A stretch of DNA of 64,000 nucleotides from Candidatus Omnitrophota bacterium. Lineage in GTDB: Bacteria; Omnitrophota; Gorgyraeia; Zapsychrales; Fredricksoniimonadaceae. The notes under the pieces are model-generated. The model searched no databases and was not told the origin of the DNA. It saw only the letters and a program-made list of their open reading frames with translations. Position 1 is the first letter of the stretch. Each line of letters starts with the position of its first letter. The translations under genes were made by a program, and so were the position numbers. Positions 38,516-48,089 of this stretch are shown one piece after another. The DNA lies in the NCBI GenBank assembly GCA_028870995.1, contig JAGWOI010000007.1, positions 20,337 through 84,336 of the forward strand. Reading direction: 5' to 3'.

Positions 38516-39516
38516 TGAAAAACAACCTTATGTTTGGGGCCCTTGACAACCCGGCCGATAATAAAGGAGGCCGTCTTATGGGACTTCAAAACAGCCTGCA
38601 CCCGCCTGACGTCTTGCGGGGCAACGACTAGGGCAAAACCAATGCCCATATTGAACGTGCGGTACATCTCACCTTCAGGGATGTTTCCCTTGTCCTGCAC
38701 CAGTTGGAATACCCGCGGAATGGGCCAGCTTCCTTTTTTAACGGCAAAACAAAGTCCTGAAGGCAGGACCTTGGTCAATTTCTCATACCACGCCCCGCCG
38801 GTGATATGCGCCATGCCCTTGACCCAGACTCGATCCAACAGGGCCAATACCGGCTTGACGTAAATGCGGGTGGGCTCAAGCAAGATACGCGCATACTGCT
38901 TTTGCTCTGTGAGGCTTAAGGCCTTACGCACCAGGGAATAGCCATTGGAATGTACCCCGGAGGACGGCAAGCCGATCAAGACATCATCGCATTTTATTTT
39001 TGAACCGTCAACCAGACGGTCTTTCTCCACGATACCCACGGTAAATCCAGCCAGGTCATAATCCTCGCCCCTGTACATGTCCGGCATCTCGGCCGTCTCA
39101 CCGCCGATCAAAGCGCATCCCGCCATCCGGCAGCCGGCCACAATGCCCTTCATCGCATCCCTCATGACCCTGGGATTGATCCTTCCGGTGGCGATATAAT
39201 CCAAAAAAAACAACGGTTTGGCGCCGGTACACAGGACGTCGTTGACGTTCATGGCCACGAGGTCTATGCCCACGGTGTCGTGCTTGCCTGCCAGGTTGGC
39301 GATCAGCAGCTTCGTTCCAACACCGTCGGTGGAAGAAACCAGCACCGGATTTTTATATTTCGTGAACCCCAAATCAAAAAGCGCGCCGAACGATCCAGGC
39401 CGGTGCATGACCCCGCGGTTGGCTGTTTTGGGCGCCATCTTTTTGATGGCATCCACAAACCGGTTGGCCTTGGTGATATCAACCCCTGCTTTTTTATAAG
39501 TTAAACCCGTTGTCAT
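38512..39516 (-). CDS. purM: AIR synthetase
   Basis: TDGVGTK, GGETAEMP, SSGVHSNG, TFNMGIG. Confidence 0.97.
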   Translation of the reverse strand: MTTGLTYKKAGVDITKANRFVDAIKKMAPKTANRGVMHRPGSFGALFDLGFTKYKNPVLVSSTDGVGTKLLIANLAGKHDTVGIDLVAMNVNDVLCTGAKPLFFLDYIATGRINPRVMRDAMKGIVAGCRMAGCALIGGETAEMPDMYRGEDYDLAGFTVGIVEKDRLVDGSKIKCDDVLIGLPSSGVHSNGYSLVRKALSLTEQKQYARILLEPTRIYVKPVLALLDRVWVKGMAHITGGAWYEKLTKVLPSGLCFAVKKGSWPIPRVFQLVQDKGNIPEGEMYRTFNMGIGFALVVAPQDVRRVQAVLKSHKTASFIIGRVVKGPKHKVVFQ

Positions 39517-40307
39517 TTCAACAAATTTTCTTTCACGTAATTGACGCCGTTCTCGAAGATCTTGGCGCCTTCACCGAATTCGCTTTTCCTAGGCAGACGC
39601 GTCCAAAAGGGGTGCTGCTCGAACAAAAAATGGCGTTCCGGGTGCGGCATCAAGCCCAGCACGCGGCCGGTGGTATCGCAAATTCCGGCAATATCCTCGA
39701 CCGAACCGTTGGGGTTCTCGGGATAAGAAGGCTTGGCTCCGTCCGGTGCACAATAGCGCAAGGCGATCTGGCCGTTGGCACTCAAGGCCTCCAGCACTTT
39801 CTTATCACGCGGGATGAACTTCCCCTCGCCGTGCGCCACCGGCAGATAGATTTGAGGCGCCAGGTTCTTGGTCCAGGCACAGCGGCTTTCTACCTTCAAA
39901 TGCACCCAGCGATCCTCGAATTTGGCTGAATCATTATAAAATAATGTGGCTTCCTGTCCAATAGACCAGCCTAGGCCTGGCAAGATCCCTGCCTTGGTCA
40001 AAATTTGAAAACCATTACATATGCCGATGATCAGCTTGCCGCCGGCAATGAACCGCTGGATATCTTCTGCCAATTTCAAACGCAGTTCGTTGGCCAGGAT
40101 GCGGCCGGAGGCGATATCATCGCCGTAACTAAACCCGCCGGGCAAGGCCAGGATATGATAATCATCCAGGCGCTTCTCCTTGGCCGTCAAGGCCTTGATG
40201 TGCACCTGGTCGACACTGGCACCCAAATGCCTGAAGGCAAAGGCAGTCTCCTCATTGCAATTGGTTCCGGCGCTGCGGATAATGATGACCTTAACGTTAT
40301 TGATCAT
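39513..40307 (-). CDS. purQ: FGAM synthase glutaminase subunit
   Basis: GTNC, PGGFSYGD, GICNGFQ, AHGEG, MPHPER. Confidence 0.96.
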   Translation of the reverse strand: MINNVKVIIIRSAGTNCNEETAFAFRHLGASVDQVHIKALTAKEKRLDDYHILALPGGFSYGDDIASGRILANELRLKLAEDIQRFIAGGKLIIGICNGFQILTKAGILPGLGWSIGQEATLFYNDSAKFEDRWVHLKVESRCAWTKNLAPQIYLPVAHGEGKFIPRDKKVLEALSANGQIALRYCAPDGAKPSYPENPNGSVEDIAGICDTTGRVLGLMPHPERHFLFEQHPFWTRLPRKSEFGEGAKIFENGVNYVKENLLK

Positions 40308-40975
40308 TTTCTCTTCTTGGCGTAAAACTTCTTGATGATCTTGACGACTTCTTCCGGCGTATCCACCACCTGCATGATCTTCAATTCCTTGGGCTCGACA
40401 CAGCCTTCTTTAAGCACAGGGCCTTTAAGCCAGTCCATGACGCCCTGCCAGTACTTTCTTCCGTAGAGAATGACCGGGAATTGGTCCATCCGCCGCGTCT
40501 GGATCAAGGTGATGCTCTCCGACAGTTCGTCAAAGGTCCCATAACCGCCCGGGAAGATCACAAAGGCCTTGGCGTATTTGACGAAACAGACCTTGCGGCA
40601 GAAGAAATAATGAAAACGGATCAAATGGTTGATATACCGGTTGGGGACCTGTTCAAAAGGAAGGTCGATGTTCAAGCCGATGGAGCGGCCCCCGGCCTTG
40701 GAGGCACCCTTATTGCCCGCTTCCATGATGCTGGGACCGCCGCCGGTGATGATGGCATAGCCCGCTTTCACCAAAAGTTCGGCCGTCCTTTCCGCGGCAT
40801 TGTAATAGACATGCCCGCGGGGGATCCGGGAAGAGCCGAAAATGCTCACCGCCGGGCCTATATTTTTCAATTCTTCGAAACCGTCGACAAATTCCGCCAT
40901 GATGCGAAAAATCCGCCAGGGATCTTCCATCATTTCCAAATCAGGGACTTGAGGGCGCTTGTTATGTTTTACCAT
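40304..40975 (-). CDS. LOG family nucleotide phosphoribohydrolase (TIGR00730-like)
   Basis: TGGGPSIME, HYFFCRK, PGGYGTFDE. Confidence 0.9.
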   Translation of the reverse strand: MVKHNKRPQVPDLEMMEDPWRIFRIMAEFVDGFEELKNIGPAVSIFGSSRIPRGHVYYNAAERTAELLVKAGYAIITGGGPSIMEAGNKGASKAGGRSIGLNIDLPFEQVPNRYINHLIRFHYFFCRKVCFVKYAKAFVIFPGGYGTFDELSESITLIQTRRMDQFPVILYGRKYWQGVMDWLKGPVLKEGCVEPKELKIMQVVDTPEEVVKIIKKFYAKKRK

Positions 40976-40987
40976 AGGATTCCTTTT

Positions 40988-43876
40988 TTACTTGAGGGGT
41001 GATTTCCAGACTTCCTTCAATTCACCGATAAAGACATTGATGACCGGTTTTTTATTAAGGCCGTACACAATGAACTCAGGGCCGTTTTCAACCGTACCTA
41101 CCCTGGCCCAAGGCAGCCCTTTGAAAAGGGACCCCAAGGTTTTTTCATGTTCCGGCGCGACCTCCAGGATCAAACGCGAATTGCTTTCCGAAAAAAGCAG
41201 CACATCTTCCCGGCGCTGTTTGCCTTTAAAAGGCACCTTATCCAATAAAACGGTGGCGCCCAACCCGCCGGCAAAAGCCATTTCCGCCAAGGCCACGGCC
41301 AGACCGCCCTCGGAACAATCATGCGCCGAGGCCAACAACCTTTGCCTGGCAGCCTTCTCCACGGCCCTGTATATTAGGGAAGCCTTCTTAAAATCAACCT
41401 GTGGCGGCTGGTTTCCAAGCTGCCCCAGGTTCTCAAGATAAATGGAACCGCCCAACTCATCCTTGGTCGTACCTACCACATAAATGCCGTTACCAGCTTT
41501 TTTGAAATCCATGGTCACGCACCGGCTGACATCCTCGACATGACCGATGGCGGAAATCAAGATGGTGCCGGGAATGGCCAGGCTCTTGCCCTTGTGGGTG
41601 TATTCATTATATAAACTGTCCTTACCCGAAATAAACGGCGCGCCGAAAGAGACTGCGGCTTTATAGCAGCCTTCGGCACAGCGCACCAGGGAACCAAGCC
41701 GGTCGGGCTTGTCCGGATTGCCCCAGCAAAAATTATCGAGAAGCGCGATACGATCGAGCGTTCCGCCCACGGCAATGATCTGACGGATGGCTTCATCGAC
41801 ACAGGAAGCTGCCATCCAGAACGGGTCCAGCTTGCCGAAACGCACATTGATCCCATTGGATACGGCAATCCCGGCAGCGGAACCCAACCGGCCACGGATG
41901 ACCGCTGCGTCCGATGGCCCGTCGGTAGCAGGACCGGCCAGGGGTTTGACGATACTGGTGCCCTGCACTTCATGGTCATATATACGGATAACGCTTTCTT
42001 TGGAAGATACATTGTAATGGCTCAAAGCGCCGCATAAATCCGGCGTCAGATCCGCGACTTTTTTAGAAAGCTTCTCTTTCTTCAACGCAGGCTGATGATA
42101 AACGGCCTCCTTGGTGATCTGCGGCAGGCCGTCGTGCAAAAAGGCCATGTCCATGTCCGCCACCTGCTGGCCGTGGAAATATAACTGCAGGCGGCCGGAG
42201 CCGTCGAATTCCCCCAATACAGCAGCCTCGACATTCTCAGACTCAAACACTTCCAAAAGAGCCTCAATATGCACCGGAGGCACGGCCATGACCATGCGTT
42301 CCTGGGACTCTGAAATCCAGATCTCATGGTATTTAAGCCCCTGGTATTTCAACGGCGCCTTGTCCAAATCGATCCTGGCCCCGGTTTTTTCCCCCATTTC
42401 CCCGACGGCGGAAGAAAAGCCTCCGGCCCCGCAATCGGTGATGGCCGAATATAATCCGGCGTCCCGCGCCTTCAAAAGGGCATCCAAAACTTTCTTCTCT
42501 TCAATAGGATTGCCGATCTGCACCGCGCCGGATGACACGGTTTCCGATTCGCTGGTCAACTCACCTGAAGAAAAGGTGGCTCCGTGGATTCCGTCGCGGC
42601 CGGTACGGCCGCCGACAGCCACCACCAAATCACCCTTGTTTACCTTCTTGGTCTCCATGCCCTTGGGGATGAGCCCGACGTTGCCGCAAAAAACCAGCGG
42701 GTTGCCCGCAAAATGCTTGTCGAAGACAATGGCGCCGTTGACCGTGGGGATGCCCATTTTGTTGCCGTAATCGCGGACACCGGCCACCACCCCCTTCATC
42801 ACCCGTTTGGGATGCAAGGCACCGGCTGGCAAATCCGACATCGGCACATCCGGCGGCGCAAAACAAAATACGTCCGTATTGCATAACGGTTTGGCGGCCA
42901 GGCCCGTACCTAAGGTATCTCGGATGACACCGCCCACCCCGGTGTTGGCACCGCCAAAAGGTTCCAGGGCTGAAGGATGATTATGCGTCTCGACTTTAAA
43001 GCAAACGTTATAATCTTTATCAAAGCTGATGACGCCGGCATTGTCATGAAAAACCGAAACGCACCATTTTTTATTGAGCTTCAGGGTGGCCGCCGCAATG
43101 CTGGTCTTGAACAGGCTGCGGATGATCTTGGGCTTGCCCCTTTTGCCTTCACGGTACCGGATGATCCCCCGGAAGGTCTTGTGACGGCAATGCTCGCTCC
43201 AGGTCTGGGCCACCGTCTCCAGCTCGACGTCCGTTGGATTGCGGCCTTCTTTTTTGAAATGCTTCTGGATGGTGCGCATCTCCTCCAGGTTCAAATAAAG
43301 CTGGCCCTGTTTTGAAATCTCAGCCAATTTTCTATCCCTGGCCCCCAGCAAATCCACGACCACCACATCGAATTTGCTTGCCGCTGGTGCGGTAACACCA
43401 AGAGAAGTGGGCACATGCACCGGATCCTTGACCACATGCTGGATGAGCTTGTTCATCAAGACCCGTTGAGTGACGGCCTCCAGGTCTTTATCGGAAAGTT
43501 TGCCGTTGATATGGTACTGCCTGGCGGTGCGTACCGCGCTGATGCCGGTTATCCCCAGATCACGGATGCCCTTGATGGTCGAAGCCTCAACAGGGTCCAT
43601 GACGCCGGGATTGTAGGCGATCTCGACCACACGATGATCGGATGATTGCAGGGGGAGTTTTAAATCGAAGCTGTACTGCTCGACCACGGGGTCAACGAGG
43701 AGTTCATCGCCGATACGTTTGATCTCCTCGCGGGTGATGTCCCCTTCGAGCAGATAAACCGAAACCACACGCACGCCTGCAACGTCGAAACCCAGGTCGA
43801 TAATGTCACGGGCAATGGATTCCCCGATAGGGTCGAGGATCCCGTCTTTTTGTTTGACTTCAACACGCCAGATCAA
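40988..43876 (-). CDS. purL: FGAM synthase synthetase subunit with two N-terminal PurS-like domains
   Basis: WSEHCRHK, ETHNHPS, GRDGIHGA, SESQERM. Two N-terminal (I/M)DP..(D/N)-type PurS repeats. TTG start. Confidence 0.95.
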   Translation of the reverse strand: MIWRVEVKQKDGILDPIGESIARDIIDLGFDVAGVRVVSVYLLEGDITREEIKRIGDELLVDPVVEQYSFDLKLPLQSSDHRVVEIAYNPGVMDPVEASTIKGIRDLGITGISAVRTARQYHINGKLSDKDLEAVTQRVLMNKLIQHVVKDPVHVPTSLGVTAPAASKFDVVVVDLLGARDRKLAEISKQGQLYLNLEEMRTIQKHFKKEGRNPTDVELETVAQTWSEHCRHKTFRGIIRYREGKRGKPKIIRSLFKTSIAAATLKLNKKWCVSVFHDNAGVISFDKDYNVCFKVETHNHPSALEPFGGANTGVGGVIRDTLGTGLAAKPLCNTDVFCFAPPDVPMSDLPAGALHPKRVMKGVVAGVRDYGNKMGIPTVNGAIVFDKHFAGNPLVFCGNVGLIPKGMETKKVNKGDLVVAVGGRTGRDGIHGATFSSGELTSESETVSSGAVQIGNPIEEKKVLDALLKARDAGLYSAITDCGAGGFSSAVGEMGEKTGARIDLDKAPLKYQGLKYHEIWISESQERMVMAVPPVHIEALLEVFESENVEAAVLGEFDGSGRLQLYFHGQQVADMDMAFLHDGLPQITKEAVYHQPALKKEKLSKKVADLTPDLCGALSHYNVSSKESVIRIYDHEVQGTSIVKPLAGPATDGPSDAAVIRGRLGSAAGIAVSNGINVRFGKLDPFWMAASCVDEAIRQIIAVGGTLDRIALLDNFCWGNPDKPDRLGSLVRCAEGCYKAAVSFGAPFISGKDSLYNEYTHKGKSLAIPGTILISAIGHVEDVSRCVTMDFKKAGNGIYVVGTTKDELGGSIYLENLGQLGNQPPQVDFKKASLIYRAVEKAARQRLLASAHDCSEGGLAVALAEMAFAGGLGATVLLDKVPFKGKQRREDVLLFSESNSRLILEVAPEHEKTLGSLFKGLPWARVGTVENGPEFIVYGLNKKPVINVFIGELKEVWKSPLK

Positions 43877-43956
43877 GGGGGTCCTACTTTACAAGTCCAC
43901 TAGTAGAAAAATCAGCCTGCCTTAAGATTCCTGTTGCCTGTTTGTGAAAGTTTTTG

Positions 43957-44661
43957 TTACTTCGAGACCCGGCGCAGCACTTCCTGATAGGCCTGTTCGA
44001 CGCCGCCGAGGTCCCGGCGGAAGCGGTCTTTGTCGAGCTTGTTGCCCGTGCCCACTTCCCACAACCGGCAGGTGTCAGGAGAGATCTCATCAGCCAGGAT
44101 GATGCGGCCGCCTACGCGGCCGAATTCCAGCTTAAAATCGATCAACTCGATCTTCAGATCGAGAAAGAATTTCTTCAGGACGTCGTTGATCTTAAAGGCC
44201 ATGTCTTTGATGGCCTTGACCTCCTCATCGGTGGCGTACTTCAAGGCGCGAATATGGTATTCATTGACCTGGGGGTCGCCCAAAGAATCGTCCTTATAAC
44301 AAAATTCCAGGGTCGGTACGGCCAGGACCGTCCCTTCTGCTAACCCAAGCAAACGGCACAGGGAGCCCGCCGCGCGGTTGCGGATGATCACTTCCAAAGG
44401 AACGATTTGGACCCGCTTGACCAGCATTTCGCGGTCATTGAGGGTCTCGACGTAATGCGTCTCGATGCCGTGCTGCTGCAAATGCTCAAAAATCCTGGAG
44501 GCTATGCGGTTGTTCATGATGCCTTTTTGTTCGATGGTGCCTTTTTTCTGGGCATTGAACGCCGTGGCGTCGTCCTTGAAATACTGGATCACTAAATTCG
44601 GATCTTCGGTTGTATAAAGAATCTTAGCTTTGCCTTCGTAGATCTTTTCAAGCTTATTCAT
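43957..44661 (-). CDS. purC: SAICAR synthetase
   Basis: YEGKAK, FKDDATAFN, DFKLEFG, ADEISPD, DKDRFR. Confidence 0.97.
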   Translation of the reverse strand: MNKLEKIYEGKAKILYTTEDPNLVIQYFKDDATAFNAQKKGTIEQKGIMNNRIASRIFEHLQQHGIETHYVETLNDREMLVKRVQIVPLEVIIRNRAAGSLCRLLGLAEGTVLAVPTLEFCYKDDSLGDPQVNEYHIRALKYATDEEVKAIKDMAFKINDVLKKFFLDLKIELIDFKLEFGRVGGRIILADEISPDTCRLWEVGTGNKLDKDRFRRDLGGVEQAYQEVLRRVSK

Positions 44662-44697
44662 TTGTAATCTCCCCCATGATACAGATGGTGGTTTTTA

Positions 44698-45993
44698 TTA
44701 TCTAATCCCGGCCTGTTTGTAAATCCTGTCACGGTGACGGATATAGTACTTGATGTCGAAACAGGCATTGATCTCGTTTTGAGACAAGTATTTGCGCACC
44801 CGGCGGTCCCTGAACAGGACGTCCTTGAATTCCGAACTCTCCTGCCAGACCTGCATGGCGCAGCTCTGGATCATTTCATAAGCTGCGTCGCGGGTAAGGC
44901 CCTTTTTCATGAGTTCCAGCAGGATACGCTGGGAATAAATAAGCCCACGGGTTTTGGCCAGGTTGGCGATCATGTTCTTGGGATAGACCAGAAGCCCCTC
45001 GATGATGGGGATGAACTTGTTGAGCATGTAGTTAAGCGCGATGGTGGAATCTGGCAGGATGATGCGCTCCGCCGACGAGTGGCTGATGTCGCGCTCATGC
45101 CAGAGGTTGATGTTCTCCATGGCCACGATGGCGTTGGCGCGCAGGATGCGCGACAAACCGCAGATGCGCTCGCAGGTCACGGGATTGCGCTTATGCGGCA
45201 TGGCGGAGGAGCCGATCTGGCCCTTGAAGAACGGCTCTTCGACTTCCAAGAGCTCCGTCTTCTGCAGGGCGCGGATCTCGGTGGCGAATTTTTCTAAGGA
45301 ACATCCCACCATGGCGATGACGTTAATGAAATGGGCGTGCGGGTCGCGCTGGATGATTTGGGTCGCCACGTTGGCCGGTTTCAAATTCAGCTGCTGGCAT
45401 ACGTATTCTTCGACGGAAGGGTCGATGTTGGCATAGGTGCCCACGGCCCCTGACAGTTTGCCGTAACGCATCCCTTCGGTCGCCGCTTGCAGGCGCTCCA
45501 GGTTGCGGCTCATCTCGTCGAACCAGATGGCCATTTTCAACCCGAAGGTCGTGGGTTCGGCATGCACGCCGTGGGTGCGGGCGATGCAGACCGCATCCTT
45601 ATACTTTTTGGCTTTATCTTTGAGGGCAGCCAAAAGTTTTTTGATATCATTGGTCAAAATCTCACCGGCTTCCACACACTGCACGGACAAAGAGGTGTCC
45701 AAAAGGTCCGAGGAGGTCAATCCCATGTGCAGGTACTGGGCCTCCGGCCCCAGGCTTTGACCGACGCTCTGAATAAAGGCCACCACATCATGTTTGGTGC
45801 GTTCTTCCAGGCGGCGCACTTCTTCCAAATCGAATTTGGCGTTCTTGCGGATCTTTTCCATCGCCGGTTTAGGGATGGCGCCTAATTTGGTCATAGCCTC
45901 GCAACACAAAACTTCGATCTTAAGCATAATTTCCATTTTATGCTCATCAGACCAAATGCGGCTCATCTTAGACAGAGAATATCGGTCAATCAT
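44698..45993 (-). CDS. purB: Adenylosuccinate lyase
   Basis: MIDRY, HMGLTSSD, RTHGVHAEP, GSSAMPHKRNP, HERDISHS. Confidence 0.97.
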   Translation of the reverse strand: MIDRYSLSKMSRIWSDEHKMEIMLKIEVLCCEAMTKLGAIPKPAMEKIRKNAKFDLEEVRRLEERTKHDVVAFIQSVGQSLGPEAQYLHMGLTSSDLLDTSLSVQCVEAGEILTNDIKKLLAALKDKAKKYKDAVCIARTHGVHAEPTTFGLKMAIWFDEMSRNLERLQAATEGMRYGKLSGAVGTYANIDPSVEEYVCQQLNLKPANVATQIIQRDPHAHFINVIAMVGCSLEKFATEIRALQKTELLEVEEPFFKGQIGSSAMPHKRNPVTCERICGLSRILRANAIVAMENINLWHERDISHSSAERIILPDSTIALNYMLNKFIPIIEGLLVYPKNMIANLAKTRGLIYSQRILLELMKKGLTRDAAYEMIQSCAMQVWQESSEFKDVLFRDRRVRKYLSQNEINACFDIKYYIRHRDRIYKQAGIR

Positions 45994-46148
45994 GCCACAC
46001 TCCTTCCACAACTTTGATAAATTTTTTTCCAGTTTGTGCCGCCACCTTAAATCCTAAATCAGAAAGCGGCCTTAAATAGAGAAAATATTGGTGTTTTTTA
46101 GGATTTGCTTCGCAAGGGGCCGCAGGGCCCTTAGCGAAGGGATAGGAA

Positions 46149-46177
46149 ATATTAGCAGAGAAAAATTCGGCGGTCAA
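46149..46177 (-). promoter_or_regulatory. Sigma70 promoter of the pur run, giving a ~150-nt leader
   Basis: TTGACC-17-TAATAT with extended TG. Confidence 0.6.
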
Positions 46178-46233
46178 CCTAAAAAAATATCGAAAAGACG
46201 TAAAATATTGAAATATAACGACTTATATTTTTT

Positions 46234-46869
46234 CTATGACTGTTTTCCAACCGTCTCAGGAAATTTTTCGCGCATATATTTAATACTTTCTTGCACGCTC
46301 TGCCTCATAAGGACCGGTATGGTGCGGATCAGCTTCTGGCCTTCAGGAGATCCATAAAAAGCAATGAAAGCCTTTAAGTCTTCGCTGGTAAAATTACGGT
46401 CATAGATGGGGATCAAGCGTTCGATGATCTCATCGACCTTAACGCGATCCCGGATTTTTTGGGCCTCTTCAGGTTTTTGCTTTTGGATTTGGGCCAGCAT
46501 GCGGTCAAAATTATTATTCAGGGCCTGGCGGGTGCCGAAAACGTCTATGAATTGCAATATCAGAGCCCGCTTTTGGGGATCGACCGCGGATGCCGCCGGT
46601 CCGGGCGTACCCGATGGGACAGACGTGCCGGGTTGGGCAACCGGCGTTGATGCCTGTGGTGTGCCGAACGGCTGACCGTCGATGTCCTTGATCTCGTCCG
46701 CGTAATAGGTCATGGTAACGCCGTCCACATTAATTTGGATGCTTTTACTGTCCTGTTTGAGGATATCCCCCTTGATGGAGCTGCCATCGCTGAGATCCAC
46801 CGTGGCGGCGAGGCCAAGGCTCATGGGCAAAAAGACGGATATAACGGCAACCAACAGGCAATGGCGCAT
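46234..46869 (-). CDS. Exported DUF2059-like protein with an N-terminal small beta domain
   Basis: Signal peptide, IYDRNFTSEDLKAFIAFYGSPEGQKL. Confidence 0.78.
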   Translation of the reverse strand: MRHCLLVAVISVFLPMSLGLAATVDLSDGSSIKGDILKQDSKSIQINVDGVTMTYYADEIKDIDGQPFGTPQASTPVAQPGTSVPSGTPGPAASAVDPQKRALILQFIDVFGTRQALNNNFDRMLAQIQKQKPEEAQKIRDRVKVDEIIERLIPIYDRNFTSEDLKAFIAFYGSPEGQKLIRTIPVLMRQSVQESIKYMREKFPETVGKQS

Positions 46870-46958
46870 AAAAACCTCTTTCGTTAAAATTTTTAAATAT
46901 TGAATTCATTCTAAGGAATATTTGAGATAAATCAAGCTGTATGTTACACTAACCGCCT

Positions 46959-48089
46959 ATGCAACCGAATACTCTTCGATCGCCCATTGCCGGGAAACAG
47001 GCAATTTTAATTGAGCAAATAAGAAAAAATATCGACCGGGCGTTAAGCCAGTTCTTGGGACAAGTCAAAAAAGACTATAAGCTGCACCTGGTTTCTCCCC
47101 TGCTTTTTGACAGTGTCAGGGAATTCACCCTGCGGGAAGGCAAACGCCTGCGGCCTTTACTGCTCATCCTGACCTATAAAGGTTACGCGCCTTCATCCAA
47201 GAAAATTTCCCGCAAGCTGTACAATGCCTCGACCTGCATGGAGTTCCTGCACAATTTCATGCTCATCCACGATGATATCATCGACCGTTCAGACCTGCGC
47301 CGCGGCAGACCCACCCTGCATAAAATCCTGGCCCATACGGTGCCCTCGGCCGATCCGGACAAATTAGGCATTGACTTGGGGATCATCGCCGGCGACATTG
47401 TTTATGCCCTGGCCATCGACGCCTTTTTGTCCATCGATGAGCCCTCCGAACGCAAGGAAAGGGCGCTTAAATATTTCATCCAGACTGCGGCGTTCACCGC
47501 CATGGGCGAATTCATCGACACCGTCAGCGGGGTCAAACCCATCAAGGACGTCGATGAAAAAGAAGTTTACCTTAATTATACGCTCAAGACGGCCCGCTAT
47601 ACCTTTGACTGCCCCATGGTCACCGGCGCCATTCTTGCCGGCGCCTCCAACAGTGAAATCAAAAAAATATCCCGTTTCGGCATCCTGATCGGCCAGGCCT
47701 TCCAGATCCAGGATGACATCATCGGCATATTTGAGACGGAAGACAATATCGGCAAGTCTATCTTAAGCGATCTGGCGGAAGGCAAAAAAACCCTTCTGGT
47801 CACCCACGCCTTCCGTGTTCTGAAGGGCGAAGACAGAGCCAGGTTCCTGGAGATCTTCTCCCGGGAAAGACAGACCCTGGAGAACCTGGAAGCGGTCAAA
47901 AAAATCTTTGTCCAGACCAAAAGCCTGGAATATGCGCTCGGCGCCATCCACACCCGCCTGCACGAAGCGCAAAGGATCCTCAAGTCCCTGAAAATAAACG
48001 ATACATACCGAACCCTTCTGGAAGCTTCCATTTCAAAACTGTTCAGCCATTCCGAAAAAATAGCTTCTCTATATCAATCGCCCGGATAG
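46959..48089 (+). CDS. Polyprenyl diphosphate synthase (GGPP-synthase-like)
   Basis: GKRLRP, HDDIIDRSDLRRG, KTARY, FQIQDD. Confidence 0.93.
   Translation: MQPNTLRSPIAGKQAILIEQIRKNIDRALSQFLGQVKKDYKLHLVSPLLFDSVREFTLREGKRLRPLLLILTYKGYAPSSKKISRKLYNASTCMEFLHNFMLIHDDIIDRSDLRRGRPTLHKILAHTVPSADPDKLGIDLGIIAGDIVYALAIDAFLSIDEPSERKERALKYFIQTAAFTAMGEFIDTVSGVKPIKDVDEKEVYLNYTLKTARYTFDCPMVTGAILAGASNSEIKKISRFGILIGQAFQIQDDIIGIFETEDNIGKSILSDLAEGKKTLLVTHAFRVLKGEDRARFLEIFSRERQTLENLEAVKKIFVQTKSLEYALGAIHTRLHEAQRILKSLKINDTYRTLLEASISKLFSHSEKIASLYQSPG

Noticed and set aside
48069-48089. 21-nt convergent overlap of the polyprenyl synthase and hemW genes
   Set aside because: Short 3' overlaps of convergent genes are common.
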